From NCBI GenBank assembly GCA_048939995.1, contig JBHLOY010000003.1, positions 32,001-96,000 on the forward strand: DNA of 64,000 nucleotides, written 5' to 3'. The number at the start of each line of letters is the position of its first letter. Position 1 is the first letter of the stretch. The notes under the pieces are model-generated. The model was not told where the DNA came from. It ran no database searches and saw nothing but the letters and a program-made list of their open reading frames with translations. Positions 48,932 to 59,393 of this stretch are shown here, piece after piece. This DNA is from Promethearchaeota archaeon (GTDB taxonomy: Archaea; Asgardarchaeota; Lokiarchaeia; Sigyniarchaeales; SOKP01). Both the position numbers and the translations under genes were made by a program.

Positions 48932-51526
48932 CTACTCAATTATATCATAACGATATATTAATTTGATAAAAATTTTTAATAACCAAAATAGTTTTTTTGG
49001 TGTTCTTGAAACCCAGTAATTAAAGGTTGCGACAAAATCGTTTTCCTTTGAGTGCAGACCCTCTTGAAAACTGGGATAATTCAATCCCCCCGTTATTTTT
49101 GGGGGTTTACCTAAACTTTTGACATTTCGCCAGCTATCTTCCAGATTCCGTCTCCCTAACCATGATTTATCACTTTTTAATATAATTAAATCTCCGGATA
49201 CAGTTTTGATCTCACCATAAATGTTAATTAATCCAAGACCCCCAATATAGTCTGTATTTTCTACCATGATAATGTTTTCTCCTCTTTGTAAGAAGCTTTT
49301 TATATCAAAGATTTGAATATTATTTTCTAAGGTAACGAAGTTAAGAGAATGCCTTGTAATTGCATAACCAAGAAATTGATTATTTATATATATATTAGCA
49401 AATGTTCCTACAATTACTTGAATGTAAGCCTCACTTACAATATCTTCAACTTCTATAACTCTTTTATAACATGTTTTATGCACATTATGTATTTGTTTAG
49501 AATCATAATATATCGACTCACTTGGAATATTTGGGTTTATCCAAGTATCGTTATTCTTTATTTCAAAAACCTTATCTCTGTAAAATCTCAATAGCCAAAG
49601 ATAACGTTGTTTTATAGCATGAAATCCATCTTCTTTGGCACATTCAAGCCAAAGGGTTTGATATTCTTCTAAAATTTTATTTAGATTCGTTATTAAGTCA
49701 TTTATCTCTTCAATTCTTTCATTTTTTAATTTTAATTTGACTTTAATCGGGGAAAAGTCAATAAATTTTTTGGAATTCAGTCTTTTCTGACAATAGAATC
49801 TTAGATGTTTTGCTATAAAGGCAAGATTTCTTATATTTATTTTATTTTTAATAACTTTTTGTTCTAAATTTCTACAAGTGTCGATAATTGTATCTAAATT
49901 CTTAATAAGATTGTCATATTTCGTGGTTTTAATATTACGTTTATACATTGAACTTTTTTTATTGTAGGGATGGCTAAAGAAGTGATTATAATAAGAAGAT
50001 GCACGAGTGTGGAGTTTATTACTATCTTGAATTGTTCTTAAAGAGCCAAAAACCATTTCTAACTCAGGATCAATCAGACCAAAAAAATGTAGGAATAAAC
50101 CTCTCCAAAATTTAAGTTTATCAACATTTTTCTCGGGATTCCAGCCAACTTCTGCAGAAAAAATAAATCCATATATTCTATTTTCCCGTATTTCTTTATT
50201 CTTATAATCACCCCAACTTGAAGTAACTTCTCCTATAATTTTTCTATTATATCCGTAATTGATTAAATTAATAACATTTTTTTCTGATTTTGTAAATGAG
50301 GGTAATAATCTGTTATAATCCATAATAGAGGGGCTTACAATAATGGGATAACCATAGTTCTTAACATGATCTAAGGTAGGGTGCTTTTCTTTTGTATTAT
50401 ATTTCCAATACATAATAATCATGTCCTTCGGTAGCTCTTGTAGCACTTTTTTATGTCTATAAAGAATATCATGATAGATTATGATCTTTTTATATCCATG
50501 TTTCTTAGCAATCTCATAGATCTTCTTATAATGTTTAAGATAAGCATCTTCAATTCCTATTTCTTTGATATAGTTATGTGAAGCAGATTTGCCAATATCT
50601 GTACTTTCATCAGCTCCTATATGAAAGTACTCAGATTTAAAAACTTCACGTATTTCTTTAATCATAACATCTAATAATTGATAGATCCCTTTATTAGAGA
50701 TATTTAAGCTATTAGAGCCGGGAAATTCTGCATAATCCCAGTAATCTTTACGATTCAAAATATTGTCCCAATGTCCAGAAGTCTGAAAAATGGGAATGAG
50801 CTCAATAAAATGTTTTCTCGCGAATTCAAATAAATCCGCTATCTCTTCCTTAACATAAGCTCCTCTTCCCTCTGAAATGTCTGAATAGCTTTTAAATTTA
50901 AACATATCTTGTATATAAGCCAAATAATAATGGTTGATTTTAAAATGACTTAACTCTTCTATGAATTTTTTTAAATTTTCAATTGTCGCTGCTTGACCCC
51001 TTGAAATATCATCAGACACTCCTCTTATTTCTAATAATGGAAAATCAATTATCAATATATCATTTAGTGACCATTTGTCAGGTGTAGAATTAATTAATTG
51101 GAGCAAAGTTTGAATTCCATAATAAATTCCATTTGGAGTATCTGCTTCAATAATTACTTTATTTTCCTTGGATAATAAGATATAACCCTGCTTTATTTTA
51201 AGCTCATTATTCATAATGCTATCAATATTGGAACTAGGAAAAGCTTCGATACATTCCTTAATAATTTCTCCTTTGTTGACTAAAACTTCTATGCTTCTAT
51301 ATTTCTTAATTTGGATATCAATATTATTCTTAAAAATTCTTATTTTATTTTCGAATTGCTCTACAATAAAATCAAATTCATCCGATAGATCAGTTGAGAT
51401 GGTCATATGATTTGTAAAATTGAATAAATAATCACTTTTTATCTTGAAGTATTGAGCATTAGGAACAAGATATAATTCATTAGAAATTTTACTTTTTTTG
51501 ATCAAATTTTCTAAGCAGAAAAACAT
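48932..51526 (-). CDS. GH20 beta-N-acetylhexosaminidase with C-terminal beta-sandwich domain
   Basis: GH20b domain ([10 protein letters not shown]), DFP..RGxxxDISR, GH, catalytic HIGADE; no signal peptide. Confidence 0.88.
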   Translation of the reverse strand: MFFCLENLIKKSKISNELYLVPNAQYFKIKSDYLFNFTNHMTISTDLSDEFDFIVEQFENKIRIFKNNIDIQIKKYRSIEVLVNKGEIIKECIEAFPSSNIDSIMNNELKIKQGYILLSKENKVIIEADTPNGIYYGIQTLLQLINSTPDKWSLNDILIIDFPLLEIRGVSDDISRGQAATIENLKKFIEELSHFKINHYYLAYIQDMFKFKSYSDISEGRGAYVKEEIADLFEFARKHFIELIPIFQTSGHWDNILNRKDYWDYAEFPGSNSLNISNKGIYQLLDVMIKEIREVFKSEYFHIGADESTDIGKSASHNYIKEIGIEDAYLKHYKKIYEIAKKHGYKKIIIYHDILYRHKKVLQELPKDMIIMYWKYNTKEKHPTLDHVKNYGYPIIVSPSIMDYNRLLPSFTKSEKNVINLINYGYNRKIIGEVTSSWGDYKNKEIRENRIYGFIFSAEVGWNPEKNVDKLKFWRGLFLHFFGLIDPELEMVFGSLRTIQDSNKLHTRASSYYNHFFSHPYNKKSSMYKRNIKTTKYDNLIKNLDTIIDTCRNLEQKVIKNKINIRNLAFIAKHLRFYCQKRLNSKKFIDFSPIKVKLKLKNERIEEINDLITNLNKILEEYQTLWLECAKEDGFHAIKQRYLWLLRFYRDKVFEIKNNDTWINPNIPSESIYYDSKQIHNVHKTCYKRVIEVEDIVSEAYIQVIVGTFANIYINNQFLGYAITRHSLNFVTLENNIQIFDIKSFLQRGENIIMVENTDYIGGLGLINIYGEIKTVSGDLIILKSDKSWLGRRNLEDSWRNVKSLGKPPKITGGLNYPSFQEGLHSKENDFVATFNYWVSRTPKKLFWLLKIFIKLIYRYDIIE

Positions 51527-51612
51527 ATTGCTAAATCATTTAATAAACTAAAAAAATTTATTTAATACCGTTATCGTATCATAAGATTTATAAAGAAATG
51601 AAAAATATCTAG

Positions 51613-51644
51613 GTTTGAACTTATATAAGTTTAAACTTATATAA
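51613..51644. promoter_or_regulatory. Perfect 24-bp palindrome (51621-51644) within a 16-bp tandem repeat, containing two TTATATAA boxes; divergent promoter/operator
   Basis: TTATATAAGTTTAAACTTATATAA is self-complementary; GTTTGAACTTATATAA then GTTTAAACTTATATAA in tandem; lies between divergent GH20 and ECF genes. Confidence 0.6.
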
Positions 51645-51676
51645 AAATTGAATATAAAATTTGAAAGTGATGATAA

Positions 51677-52306
51677 GTGAATAGCCAAGTTGTAGCACCA
51701 GAAAAGAAATTTGAAGCAAAATATAAAACATTTAGAGGTTATGTTTTGTATACTAATTCATTGAGCGTTGCCATAGCAGCAATATTTTCTGCTTTTACTT
51801 GTGGCTTAACACTCCTATTTCCACTCCTTTTTCCACAAGGATTTATTAATATAGGTGATCTAGCGGTAATGATAACTGCAGTGCTTTTTGGTCCAATTAT
51901 TGGATTTACAGCAGGAGGTATTGGTCCTATGCTAGCAGATTTCATATTAGGATATCCCCAAACTGCTCTCTTCACATTAATAATAAAAGCTTGCGAAGGT
52001 TTTGTAGTAGGATTTATTTCTAACCCAAGAAAACATTACAAAAAAATTAATTATCAAGACATAGTTGGATTAATAATTGGAGGCTTGATAATGGTTTTTG
52101 GATACTTTTTTGTTGAATTATATATTTTTAGAGATCCTGGATGGGCATTTGGAGAATTACCTCTAAATTTTGGAGTTCAATTTGGTGTAGGAGTTATCGG
52201 GACAATAATTTTTATAATATCTTCTCGTAAGAACATTATAATTAACTTCCCTCATGTATTTGAAAAAATTTTTATTTTAGAATCTTTAGAAACCATATCA
52301 AAATAA
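51677..52306 (+). CDS. ECF transporter substrate-specific S component
   Basis: GFINIGD, LFGP..G...GIGxxLAD..GY..A.FTLIIK..EG. Confidence 0.88.
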   Translation: MNSQVVAPEKKFEAKYKTFRGYVLYTNSLSVAIAAIFSAFTCGLTLLFPLLFPQGFINIGDLAVMITAVLFGPIIGFTAGGIGPMLADFILGYPQTALFTLIIKACEGFVVGFISNPRKHYKKINYQDIVGLIIGGLIMVFGYFFVELYIFRDPGWAFGELPLNFGVQFGVGVIGTIIFIISSRKNIIINFPHVFEKIFILESLETISK

Positions 52307-53728
52307 ATTAATTAGAGTCTCTAGAGCTTCTAATACTTTTTTTCCATTATCGTTTATCCTATAATATACATTCTTTCCACTTTTTTCTCTATAGATTAAC
52401 TGTTTTTCCTCTAATTCTTTCAGATGTTGATAAACTGCCGCTACACTGATAGATCCCAACATATCCTTTATTTTTGTACCATAGATTCCTTTATTACCAG
52501 CCAACGAAATTTGAGTTAAAATTTTTAGTTTAGTACTCAATAAACTGCCCATTCCTGCGGTTTTAGTTCTAGATGAGAGTGCATCTAATACATAAGGAGC
52601 CTTTAATCCACTTCCTGTTATAATACAAACTATCTTTTCATTAGCATCAAACAATCCCTGTTGATTTAAGGTCTGCAAGGCAGCTAAAGTTAAAGCTGAT
52701 GAGGGTTCAGCAAAAATTCCCTCGTTTCTAATCAATTCATCAATTGAATTTAAGATTAAATTCTCAGGAATAGCTATTGAAGAGCCCTTACTTTCTTTTA
52801 TACATCTAATTGCTAAGTCTTTAAAAATAGGTTTTTTCACAAGAATGCCTAATGCAAGTGATTTTAAGGTATCTCCTCCTCCGCTTTCTTCGGTACTTCG
52901 CTTAAAAAAACCGTCTACTATCGGAGATGATATTTGAGATTGCACTCCTATCAACTTGGGGACTTCTTGGATAATATTTGATTCTCTAAGCTCATTATAG
53001 CTTTTCCACAAACTAACTAATAACTCACCACTTCCCATTGGGATTATCATCCAATCTGGAACTCCTAATTTTTGATAAATCTCAAATCCAATAGTTTTTT
53101 GAGCTTCAATGGTGAGAGGATTATATTCACTTGTACATTGGTAATGTTCATTGTATTTTTTATCTAAAGCCAATTCAAGTGCATCATCAATGAGATCACC
53201 ATTAATGATTATTTCGGAATTATATGCAATCATTTGGGCTTTTTTCCCTATATCAATTTCACTTGGTATAATGTTTACACATTTCATGCCCTCTAAGGAA
53301 GCATATGCTGCAATCGAAGCACCTTGATTTCCATTCGAAGCGCACACTACCTTATTATATTCCCAACTTCTTGCGTGGGATATTAACAATGCAGCAGATC
53401 TATCTTTAAATGAGTTTGTGGGATTTTGAGTTTCATCCTTGAAATATAAATTTTTAAGTCCTAAAATTTCTCCTATTCGTTCTGATTCTTTACACGGGGT
53501 TCCCCCTTCTCTTTTATCTAAAGTTACAATAAATTCTTTTTCAATCTGTGGAAAAGAGAAATAGAAGTCCCAAAACGTACTGAAAGGCTTATTAAAATTA
53601 TATTTATAATTTTGAATTTTTGGCATAAACCATAATAAGCTTCCACATTGAGGACATTTATGATTAATTGAATTAAGTTCATATTTTTCTTCACAATCAC
53701 TGCAAGTTAAAATTATATGCTTCTTAAT
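52298..53728 (-). CDS. thrC: Threonine synthase (PLP) with N-terminal zinc ribbon and C-terminal winged-helix HTH; start extended from 53626 to a probable ATT at 53728
   Basis: EGGTP, NPTNSFKDR, ASxGN, PxGxG, EPSSA, TGSGLK; in-frame upstream CSDC...CPQC; C-terminal VYQHLKELEEKQLI...YYRI. Confidence 0.85.
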   Translation of the reverse strand: MKKHIILTCSDCEEKYELNSINHKCPQCGSLLWFMPKIQNYKYNFNKPFSTFWDFYFSFPQIEKEFIVTLDKREGGTPCKESERIGEILGLKNLYFKDETQNPTNSFKDRSAALLISHARSWEYNKVVCASNGNQGASIAAYASLEGMKCVNIIPSEIDIGKKAQMIAYNSEIIINGDLIDDALELALDKKYNEHYQCTSEYNPLTIEAQKTIGFEIYQKLGVPDWMIIPMGSGELLVSLWKSYNELRESNIIQEVPKLIGVQSQISSPIVDGFFKRSTEESGGGDTLKSLALGILVKKPIFKDLAIRCIKESKGSSIAIPENLILNSIDELIRNEGIFAEPSSALTLAALQTLNQQGLFDANEKIVCIITGSGLKAPYVLDALSSRTKTAGMGSLLSTKLKILTQISLAGNKGIYGTKIKDMLGSISVAAVYQHLKELEEKQLIYREKSGKNVYYRINDNGKKVLEALETLINLF

Positions 53729-53773
53729 TGTAAACTACCCTCTATTTTCCAATAAATCAAAAAACTATATTTA

Positions 53774-54265
53774 TTACCTTTTTAAAATCTCATTAGTTGC
53801 ATATGCAGCAATTATTTTACCAAAAAATAAATGATGACTTGCCATACTACCTGATTTGCATGAATGTACTATTCTGCATTCATAATTTAATATACAATCT
53901 TTAATTGTCGGAACTTTGGTTTTACTTCCTTCAATTATTTCTAATCCTGCTTTTTTGAACTTATCAACATTCCTACCAGAATAGGAACCCGTGATATTAA
54001 TCGCATTTTCAATTTTATCGGATGGGATATTCACAGTAAATTCATTTAATCCCTCGGTTAATAACTTAAAAGTATATCGTGATGGAGATACAGCTACAGT
54101 TATAACTGGAATTCCCCATAACTCTCCAATAGTCTTCCATAATAACGCCATGACATTAGGAATTCCTTCTTTATCCATGGCTACAAGAAGAGCAGCCTTT
54201 GACATGAATTCATTTATATATTCATATGGTGTAACTTCAATCCGATTTGATATCATTATGATCAC
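53774..54265 (-). CDS. Flavin reductase-like FMN-binding protein
   Basis: PNVM, RYT, FTVN, SGRxxDKF, YEC, H..FFGKI. Confidence 0.88.
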   Translation of the reverse strand: MIIMISNRIEVTPYEYINEFMSKAALLVAMDKEGIPNVMALLWKTIGELWGIPVITVAVSPSRYTFKLLTEGLNEFTVNIPSDKIENAINITGSYSGRNVDKFKKAGLEIIEGSKTKVPTIKDCILNYECRIVHSCKSGSMASHHLFFGKIIAAYATNEILKR

Positions 54266-54274
54266 TATAGTTCA

Positions 54275-54514
54275 TTAAGGCTCAAAAGTTTCATCATGTA
54301 TTAATTTATCGATCGCATCCAAACAAGCTTCTTCCCAATCATCCTCTGGGTTTACATTTTTGCAACAATCAGGACACCAGTCATCTGGATAGCCTGAATC
54401 CCAATCACCCTCTTCTAAATCTCCATTTAACATACTTCCACAATAAAAGCAAACCCCTTCATCATACCTGTCTAAAATTTCCGAAATTAGTTTTATCTTC
54501 TTCTTAGAATTCAT
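54275..54514 (-). CDS. Small acidic Cys-rich (putative zinc-binding) hypothetical protein
   Basis: CFYC and CPDCC motifs; sits in a co-oriented gene run. Confidence 0.65.
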   Translation of the reverse strand: MNSKKKIKLISEILDRYDEGVCFYCGSMLNGDLEEGDWDSGYPDDWCPDCCKNVNPEDDWEEACLDAIDKLIHDETFEP

Positions 54515-54568
54515 CTTAATTTTATCATTAATTATTTTATTAGATTAATAAAAAGGAGGAATTATAAA

Positions 54569-55603
54569 TTAGTTAATCAATTTATTCGTTTCCTTTAATA
54601 ATTTCTCAGTTTTTTTCACAATGTTTTCCATTATACTTTTTACATTATCTATGGAATGAATTAGTCCTATACTTTGACCTAAAAGAACTGCTCCTTCTTT
54701 AATATCGCCATCATAAACCATTTCATAATGTTTTTGATCTTCTAAAGCTTTCTCTGGGGTTAATTCAGCTTCTAGAGCTAATTTTTCCTCTTTATTAGAT
54801 ACTGGTTTATGTGAGAGAGCATATTCATTTCGCCACAATCTAATTGGACCAAGAACACCAAGACAATATTCTGTATCGCTTGCTTTTGCGGGAGGAATAA
54901 CACTTTTATAATTATTATGAAATTCCGACTCTTTTGATGCAATAAAGCGTGATCCCATTGCTATCGCTCCAGCACCCATCGCTAAAGCTCCAGCTAGTCC
55001 CTCACCTGTAGCAAAACCCCCACATGCTATAAGTGGTGTTTCTGGATATTTCTCACTAATTTGTTGTAGTAATACTAATGTACTTACCCTTTCATAAGAT
55101 TGGTGTCCGCCTCCTTCCCAACCAGTAGCAACAATTCCATCCACCTCTGCTGAGATGCATTTATCTGCAAGCCATAATGCAGGAGCTACATGAAAATGTT
55201 TTATTTGAGAACCGCTATCTTTTAGTTTTTGAAATGCATTATTATGGATCATTTTTGGAGTTCCAGCACTAGTCACTACATATACACATTGTTCTCTTAA
55301 CTTTTGATTGTCTCTAATAAACCTTGGAATTACTCGACATAATGTCGCTGCATCAAGTTGTAGTCTAGCGGTTCTAATATTAAATCCAAAAGGTTTATCT
55401 GTATGCTCAATTACATACTCCATATTTTGCTTCATTTCCTGGACACTACTTTTCCCAAAGAGATTTGTGTGACTTAAAACGCCTAACCCTCCTGCTTCTG
55501 AAACTGCGACTGTTAGTTCAGTTGTATAAAAAGGACCCATAGGCGCAGCAACAATTGGATACTTAATTCCAAACATTTTAGTTATGTCTGTTTCTATTAC
55601 CAC
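54569..55603 (-). CDS. Nitronate monooxygenase / FabK-like flavoenzyme
   Basis: PIVAAPM, AVSEAGGLG, EGGGH, IACGG, MGSRF. Confidence 0.88.
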   Translation of the reverse strand: MVIETDITKMFGIKYPIVAAPMGPFYTTELTVAVSEAGGLGVLSHTNLFGKSSVQEMKQNMEYVIEHTDKPFGFNIRTARLQLDAATLCRVIPRFIRDNQKLREQCVYVVTSAGTPKMIHNNAFQKLKDSGSQIKHFHVAPALWLADKCISAEVDGIVATGWEGGGHQSYERVSTLVLLQQISEKYPETPLIACGGFATGEGLAGALAMGAGAIAMGSRFIASKESEFHNNYKSVIPPAKASDTEYCLGVLGPIRLWRNEYALSHKPVSNKEEKLALEAELTPEKALEDQKHYEMVYDGDIKEGAVLLGQSIGLIHSIDNVKSIMENIVKKTEKLLKETNKLIN

Positions 55604-56074
55604 TTTTCTTACCTAATTTTCCTGTTTAATATTTATTAAATTATTAAATGTATTAGAATTTAAATTTTTAATAGATTAGGTAATGTAAATAGAAATTTTA
55701 CTTATTAAAAGAAATTTAGTATACTATTAATATATAAAATAATTGATTGCATAAGTATATATTATTAATAATTAGACCAATTTCGCTCTTGATATTCTTC
55801 TATTCGTACCAGTCCCACCTTTTCCTATCCTGGGGGGTGTAATTACTCATATTCTCTTTATTCTACTATTCGGAGTTATAACACTATGCATCAGACAATT
55901 AATTATGGTATTATCAAAATTTTTTAAAAATAATATATCGCTTTATGCTTTGGTTATGTTCCCATTCATTATCTTCTTTATAATGTTTTTTTTTAGAATC
56001 ATCTAACATCAAATTTAATACAATCTCAACTTAATTCTTAATAACTTTCTAATATTTAATTTTAATGAGCTCTC

Positions 56075-57031
56075 ATGTACCCAGATATAATATGTTTAGG
56101 AGAATTATTAGTTGAAATTATGCGGCAACAAGTTGATATTCCTCACAGTGAAATAGGGAAGATCTATAATGGACCATACCCAAGTGGAGCTCCGGCGATT
56201 TTTATTGACTCTGTTGCTCGAATGTCGAAACCGTTCAACCTTTCAACTGGAATTTTTGGGGTCGTAGGAAATGATGAGTTCGGGGAGTGTATTATTAACA
56301 AAATTAAAACTGATGGAGTGGATATTTCAAAGGTAAGAATTTTAGATAATTATACGACGGGAATTGCATTTAATCAATATAACTCTGATGGTTCACGAAA
56401 ATTTATTTTTGCATCTGGAGCAGCAGGTAAAATCTATCCGGAAGCGATTAATGAAAAGTACTTCTCAAATGTAAAAGCTCTGCATATTACTGGTAGTGCT
56501 CTCTCTATTAGTAAAAGTTCACAAGAATCGTGTTATAAAGCGATTGAAATTGCCAAAAGAAAGAATCCTAATGTTACAATTTCATTTGATCCTAATTTGC
56601 GTTCCGAAATGCTAGATTTAGAAAAGATTTTAGAATTGAGCAAACTTGTATTGAAAAATACATTTATTTTGTTACCGAGTGGAGAAGAGGCAGAAATGTT
56701 AGCAGGAGTTGATGATGCTGTTAATGCATGCATTAGTTTATTGGATCATGGTCCTAAAGTTATAGTATTAAAACTAGGAAAAAAAGGATGTATTATATTC
56801 ACTGACAAGAATAAGAAGGGAATAGAAGTGCCTGGTTTTGAGGTAAAAGAGATTGATCCCACTGGGGCTGGTGATTCGTTCGGGGGAGCTTTCATTGTGG
56901 GATATCTTGCTGGGTGGAGTTTTGCTAAAATAGGAAGATTTGCTAACGCTGTTGGTGCTCTTAAAGTTCAGCATTTTGGTCCTATGCCAGACACTACATA
57001 TGAAGATGTTGAGATGTTTATGAAGCGTTAG
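56075..57031 (+). CDS. PfkB-family carbohydrate kinase
   Basis: PSGAP, VGxDxFG, FDPNLR, DPTGAGDSF. Confidence 0.92.
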   Translation: MYPDIICLGELLVEIMRQQVDIPHSEIGKIYNGPYPSGAPAIFIDSVARMSKPFNLSTGIFGVVGNDEFGECIINKIKTDGVDISKVRILDNYTTGIAFNQYNSDGSRKFIFASGAAGKIYPEAINEKYFSNVKALHITGSALSISKSSQESCYKAIEIAKRKNPNVTISFDPNLRSEMLDLEKILELSKLVLKNTFILLPSGEEAEMLAGVDDAVNACISLLDHGPKVIVLKLGKKGCIIFTDKNKKGIEVPGFEVKEIDPTGAGDSFGGAFIVGYLAGWSFAKIGRFANAVGALKVQHFGPMPDTTYEDVEMFMKR

Positions 57032-59024
57032 ATCGTTTTAAATGTAAAGAAAGAACTCTAGCATTTACAATTTGATTATCTCTTACAGAGTAAATTCTAA
57101 AACCAGGTGGTTTATATTTATACAAAGCAGATATTGGACCAATTGCTTGAACTTGAAATACAAATGGTTTATTAACATCGAACCATATATTTAAATCGGA
57201 CTGATCTTTAAAAGTTTCAAACTTCTTACGATAGGTTGATGTATACACTTCACAAGGAACTTCAATATATATTGGCAAAAACCAAAAACCAAAATTTATA
57301 AGTTCAGTTTCTTGAGCTTCTTTTAACCTGTATTCTTTCAGAGTATGGGAGTGTCCACATAAAATTAGATCCACTTTTCTTCTAACTACTTTATCAGAAC
57401 CAGTAACTATTCTCAATAATGTTGCCCAGTTATACATTATTGTTTCATATTTCAAATTTAAAACAGTATCCAACCTTCCGGTATTATTTATTTTTTTCAA
57501 ATTATTTTCATGGAAATCGGACCATTCTAGTTTTCTTTTTTTAATTCCAAACTTTTTCTTATATTTCCTCTTTTTAAAAGAACTTAAATTAGGAGATATA
57601 GGAGGAGTATGCATTACAATAATAATTTTTTGATCATGAGATAATTTTATGTATGCTCTAAGTAAATCTACTTGTTCATCCTTTATTCCTTTAGTACTGG
57701 GACCCCCTTTTAATAAATCGTGAAGATCAGCAATCGAATCTTGTCCTGTATCAAGGAAAATGAAATTGTAATTGTCTCCAATTTTTAAATTATAGTTAAG
57801 ATTTGGATTAAAATATCTGAAATAATCTTTTATGTATTTATCTCGAGATTTAAGAGCTGTAAAGTAATTAAAAAATTTTGTATCATAATAACCTTTAATA
57901 TCAGAATTTGTTAGGCCAAAAATTTTATGAATCTGACCGAATCTTAAACCATAATGCTCCTTTCGATAATCATGATTTCCTACTAATGTAAAAATAGGTA
58001 CTAAAATCTCTTTTTTATTCACAAATTCCAGATCTATCCCCAAATAAGGTGGTTTATCTAAACCACGATTTAAACCTAGTAATATATCGAATAAAACATG
58101 AAAGTTGTTAGCATATTGATAATTTCCCTTTGCAATTTTTAAATAATCTATTAAATCTCCTGTCATCAAAATAAAATCTAACTGATTTCTTCTTGCTCGT
58201 TCATTTACGAAATTTATAAACAATCTTAAATTGTAATTAAAGTTATATTTAGCATATCTTAAATCCTCATATTTATCTTTGTGAAAGTCATCTCTGTATT
58301 CAAATTCTCTATTTAAGACAAAATCATCTATCTTTTTAAGCCTTCTTTTATTCTTTTCATAATATTTCATTTGAGCTCTTACTTTTTCTTTAATAAAGTG
58401 TAAAATGAAATCATTTCTCCTTGCTATATGAAAATCTGACGCGTGAATGAACTCAAAATTATCCCAGTCCTTATCATAAATTGCGAGACTATGGAAATTT
58501 ATCTTATTATCACTCCGATTAGGAATATCATGCACTAAATCGAATAATAAATATTCTCTGTCATATTCATTTAATAAATTTTGAATTTTTTTGATAATAG
58601 GGATTTCAATTTTAAATTTAATTTGATATAATTCTTTTCTTATTCCATATAGATCATCTAAGTGCAATGCTGAATTAAAAATATCCCATATAATACAACT
58701 CTGGAACTCGAGAACAGCCTGTTCTCTAAAATCAAGTTTTTCTACTTTTGAAATTTCAATTGGAGTGATAGGATATAAATCACCCCTTCTTTGCTGAAAT
58801 TCTCCTTCATCTTTTAAAATGGGTTGAACAAATATGTTTAAATGAAAATATTCTAATATTCTTTTAACTGAATGGGAACTTTTGCTAACAATTAAAGCTT
58901 CAAAGGTAATTTGTTTATTATATTCTTTGAATTCATCTCTAAAATCCTTTAAGTTAAGGAGTATTGGTTGCCCTAAGTTTGGTTTTATAATTAGTGGAAA
59001 GCTTCCCTCGGTTGGATCTAACAT
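57018..59024 (-). CDS. Large calcineurin-like metallophosphoesterase
   Basis: SDFH, TGDLID, GNHD, MH, GHSH motifs. Confidence 0.85.
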   Translation of the reverse strand: MLDPTEGSFPLIIKPNLGQPILLNLKDFRDEFKEYNKQITFEALIVSKSSHSVKRILEYFHLNIFVQPILKDEGEFQQRRGDLYPITPIEISKVEKLDFREQAVLEFQSCIIWDIFNSALHLDDLYGIRKELYQIKFKIEIPIIKKIQNLLNEYDREYLLFDLVHDIPNRSDNKINFHSLAIYDKDWDNFEFIHASDFHIARRNDFILHFIKEKVRAQMKYYEKNKRRLKKIDDFVLNREFEYRDDFHKDKYEDLRYAKYNFNYNLRLFINFVNERARRNQLDFILMTGDLIDYLKIAKGNYQYANNFHVLFDILLGLNRGLDKPPYLGIDLEFVNKKEILVPIFTLVGNHDYRKEHYGLRFGQIHKIFGLTNSDIKGYYDTKFFNYFTALKSRDKYIKDYFRYFNPNLNYNLKIGDNYNFIFLDTGQDSIADLHDLLKGGPSTKGIKDEQVDLLRAYIKLSHDQKIIIVMHTPPISPNLSSFKKRKYKKKFGIKKRKLEWSDFHENNLKKINNTGRLDTVLNLKYETIMYNWATLLRIVTGSDKVVRRKVDLILCGHSHTLKEYRLKEAQETELINFGFWFLPIYIEVPCEVYTSTYRKKFETFKDQSDLNIWFDVNKPFVFQVQAIGPISALYKYKPPGFRIYSVRDNQIVNARVLSLHLKRSNAS

Positions 59025-59393
59025 TTCTGAAGTAGCTCAAATTTAAATTGTCATACTTTATAATAATTATTTGATTTTTGTTAATAATTAAGTTTTTCAA
59101 TATTTTTAGATAATCAAGAAATTTCTCTTATCAATTTCATATATAAACTTATCTATCTAGTTCTTTATTTTCTAACTAAAAAATTAAATATGGTTAAATT
59201 TTAAATAGATAAAAATTGTATATCTTATAAGCATCTCAAAATGGATGTATAAAATGAAATATTATTTAATCAAAAATCTATTTGATGAAATAGAAATTAA
59301 TTTTTCATATTTAAATAAGTATTAAATTTTAAATTACGAATCCTACTTTTATTTTATATCAAGTATAAAAGCTAATAATCAAAATTTTGCACA

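Noticed and set aside
52298-53728. Idea that the ThrC homolog is cysteate synthase feeding ComDE
   Set aside because: It has the ThrC-type SFKDR motif and lies about 28 kb from comDE; nothing specific supports the link
44885-57031. Short 3' overlaps of convergent genes (44885-44892, 52298-52306, 57018-57031)
   Set aside because: Ordinary feature of compact archaeal genomes
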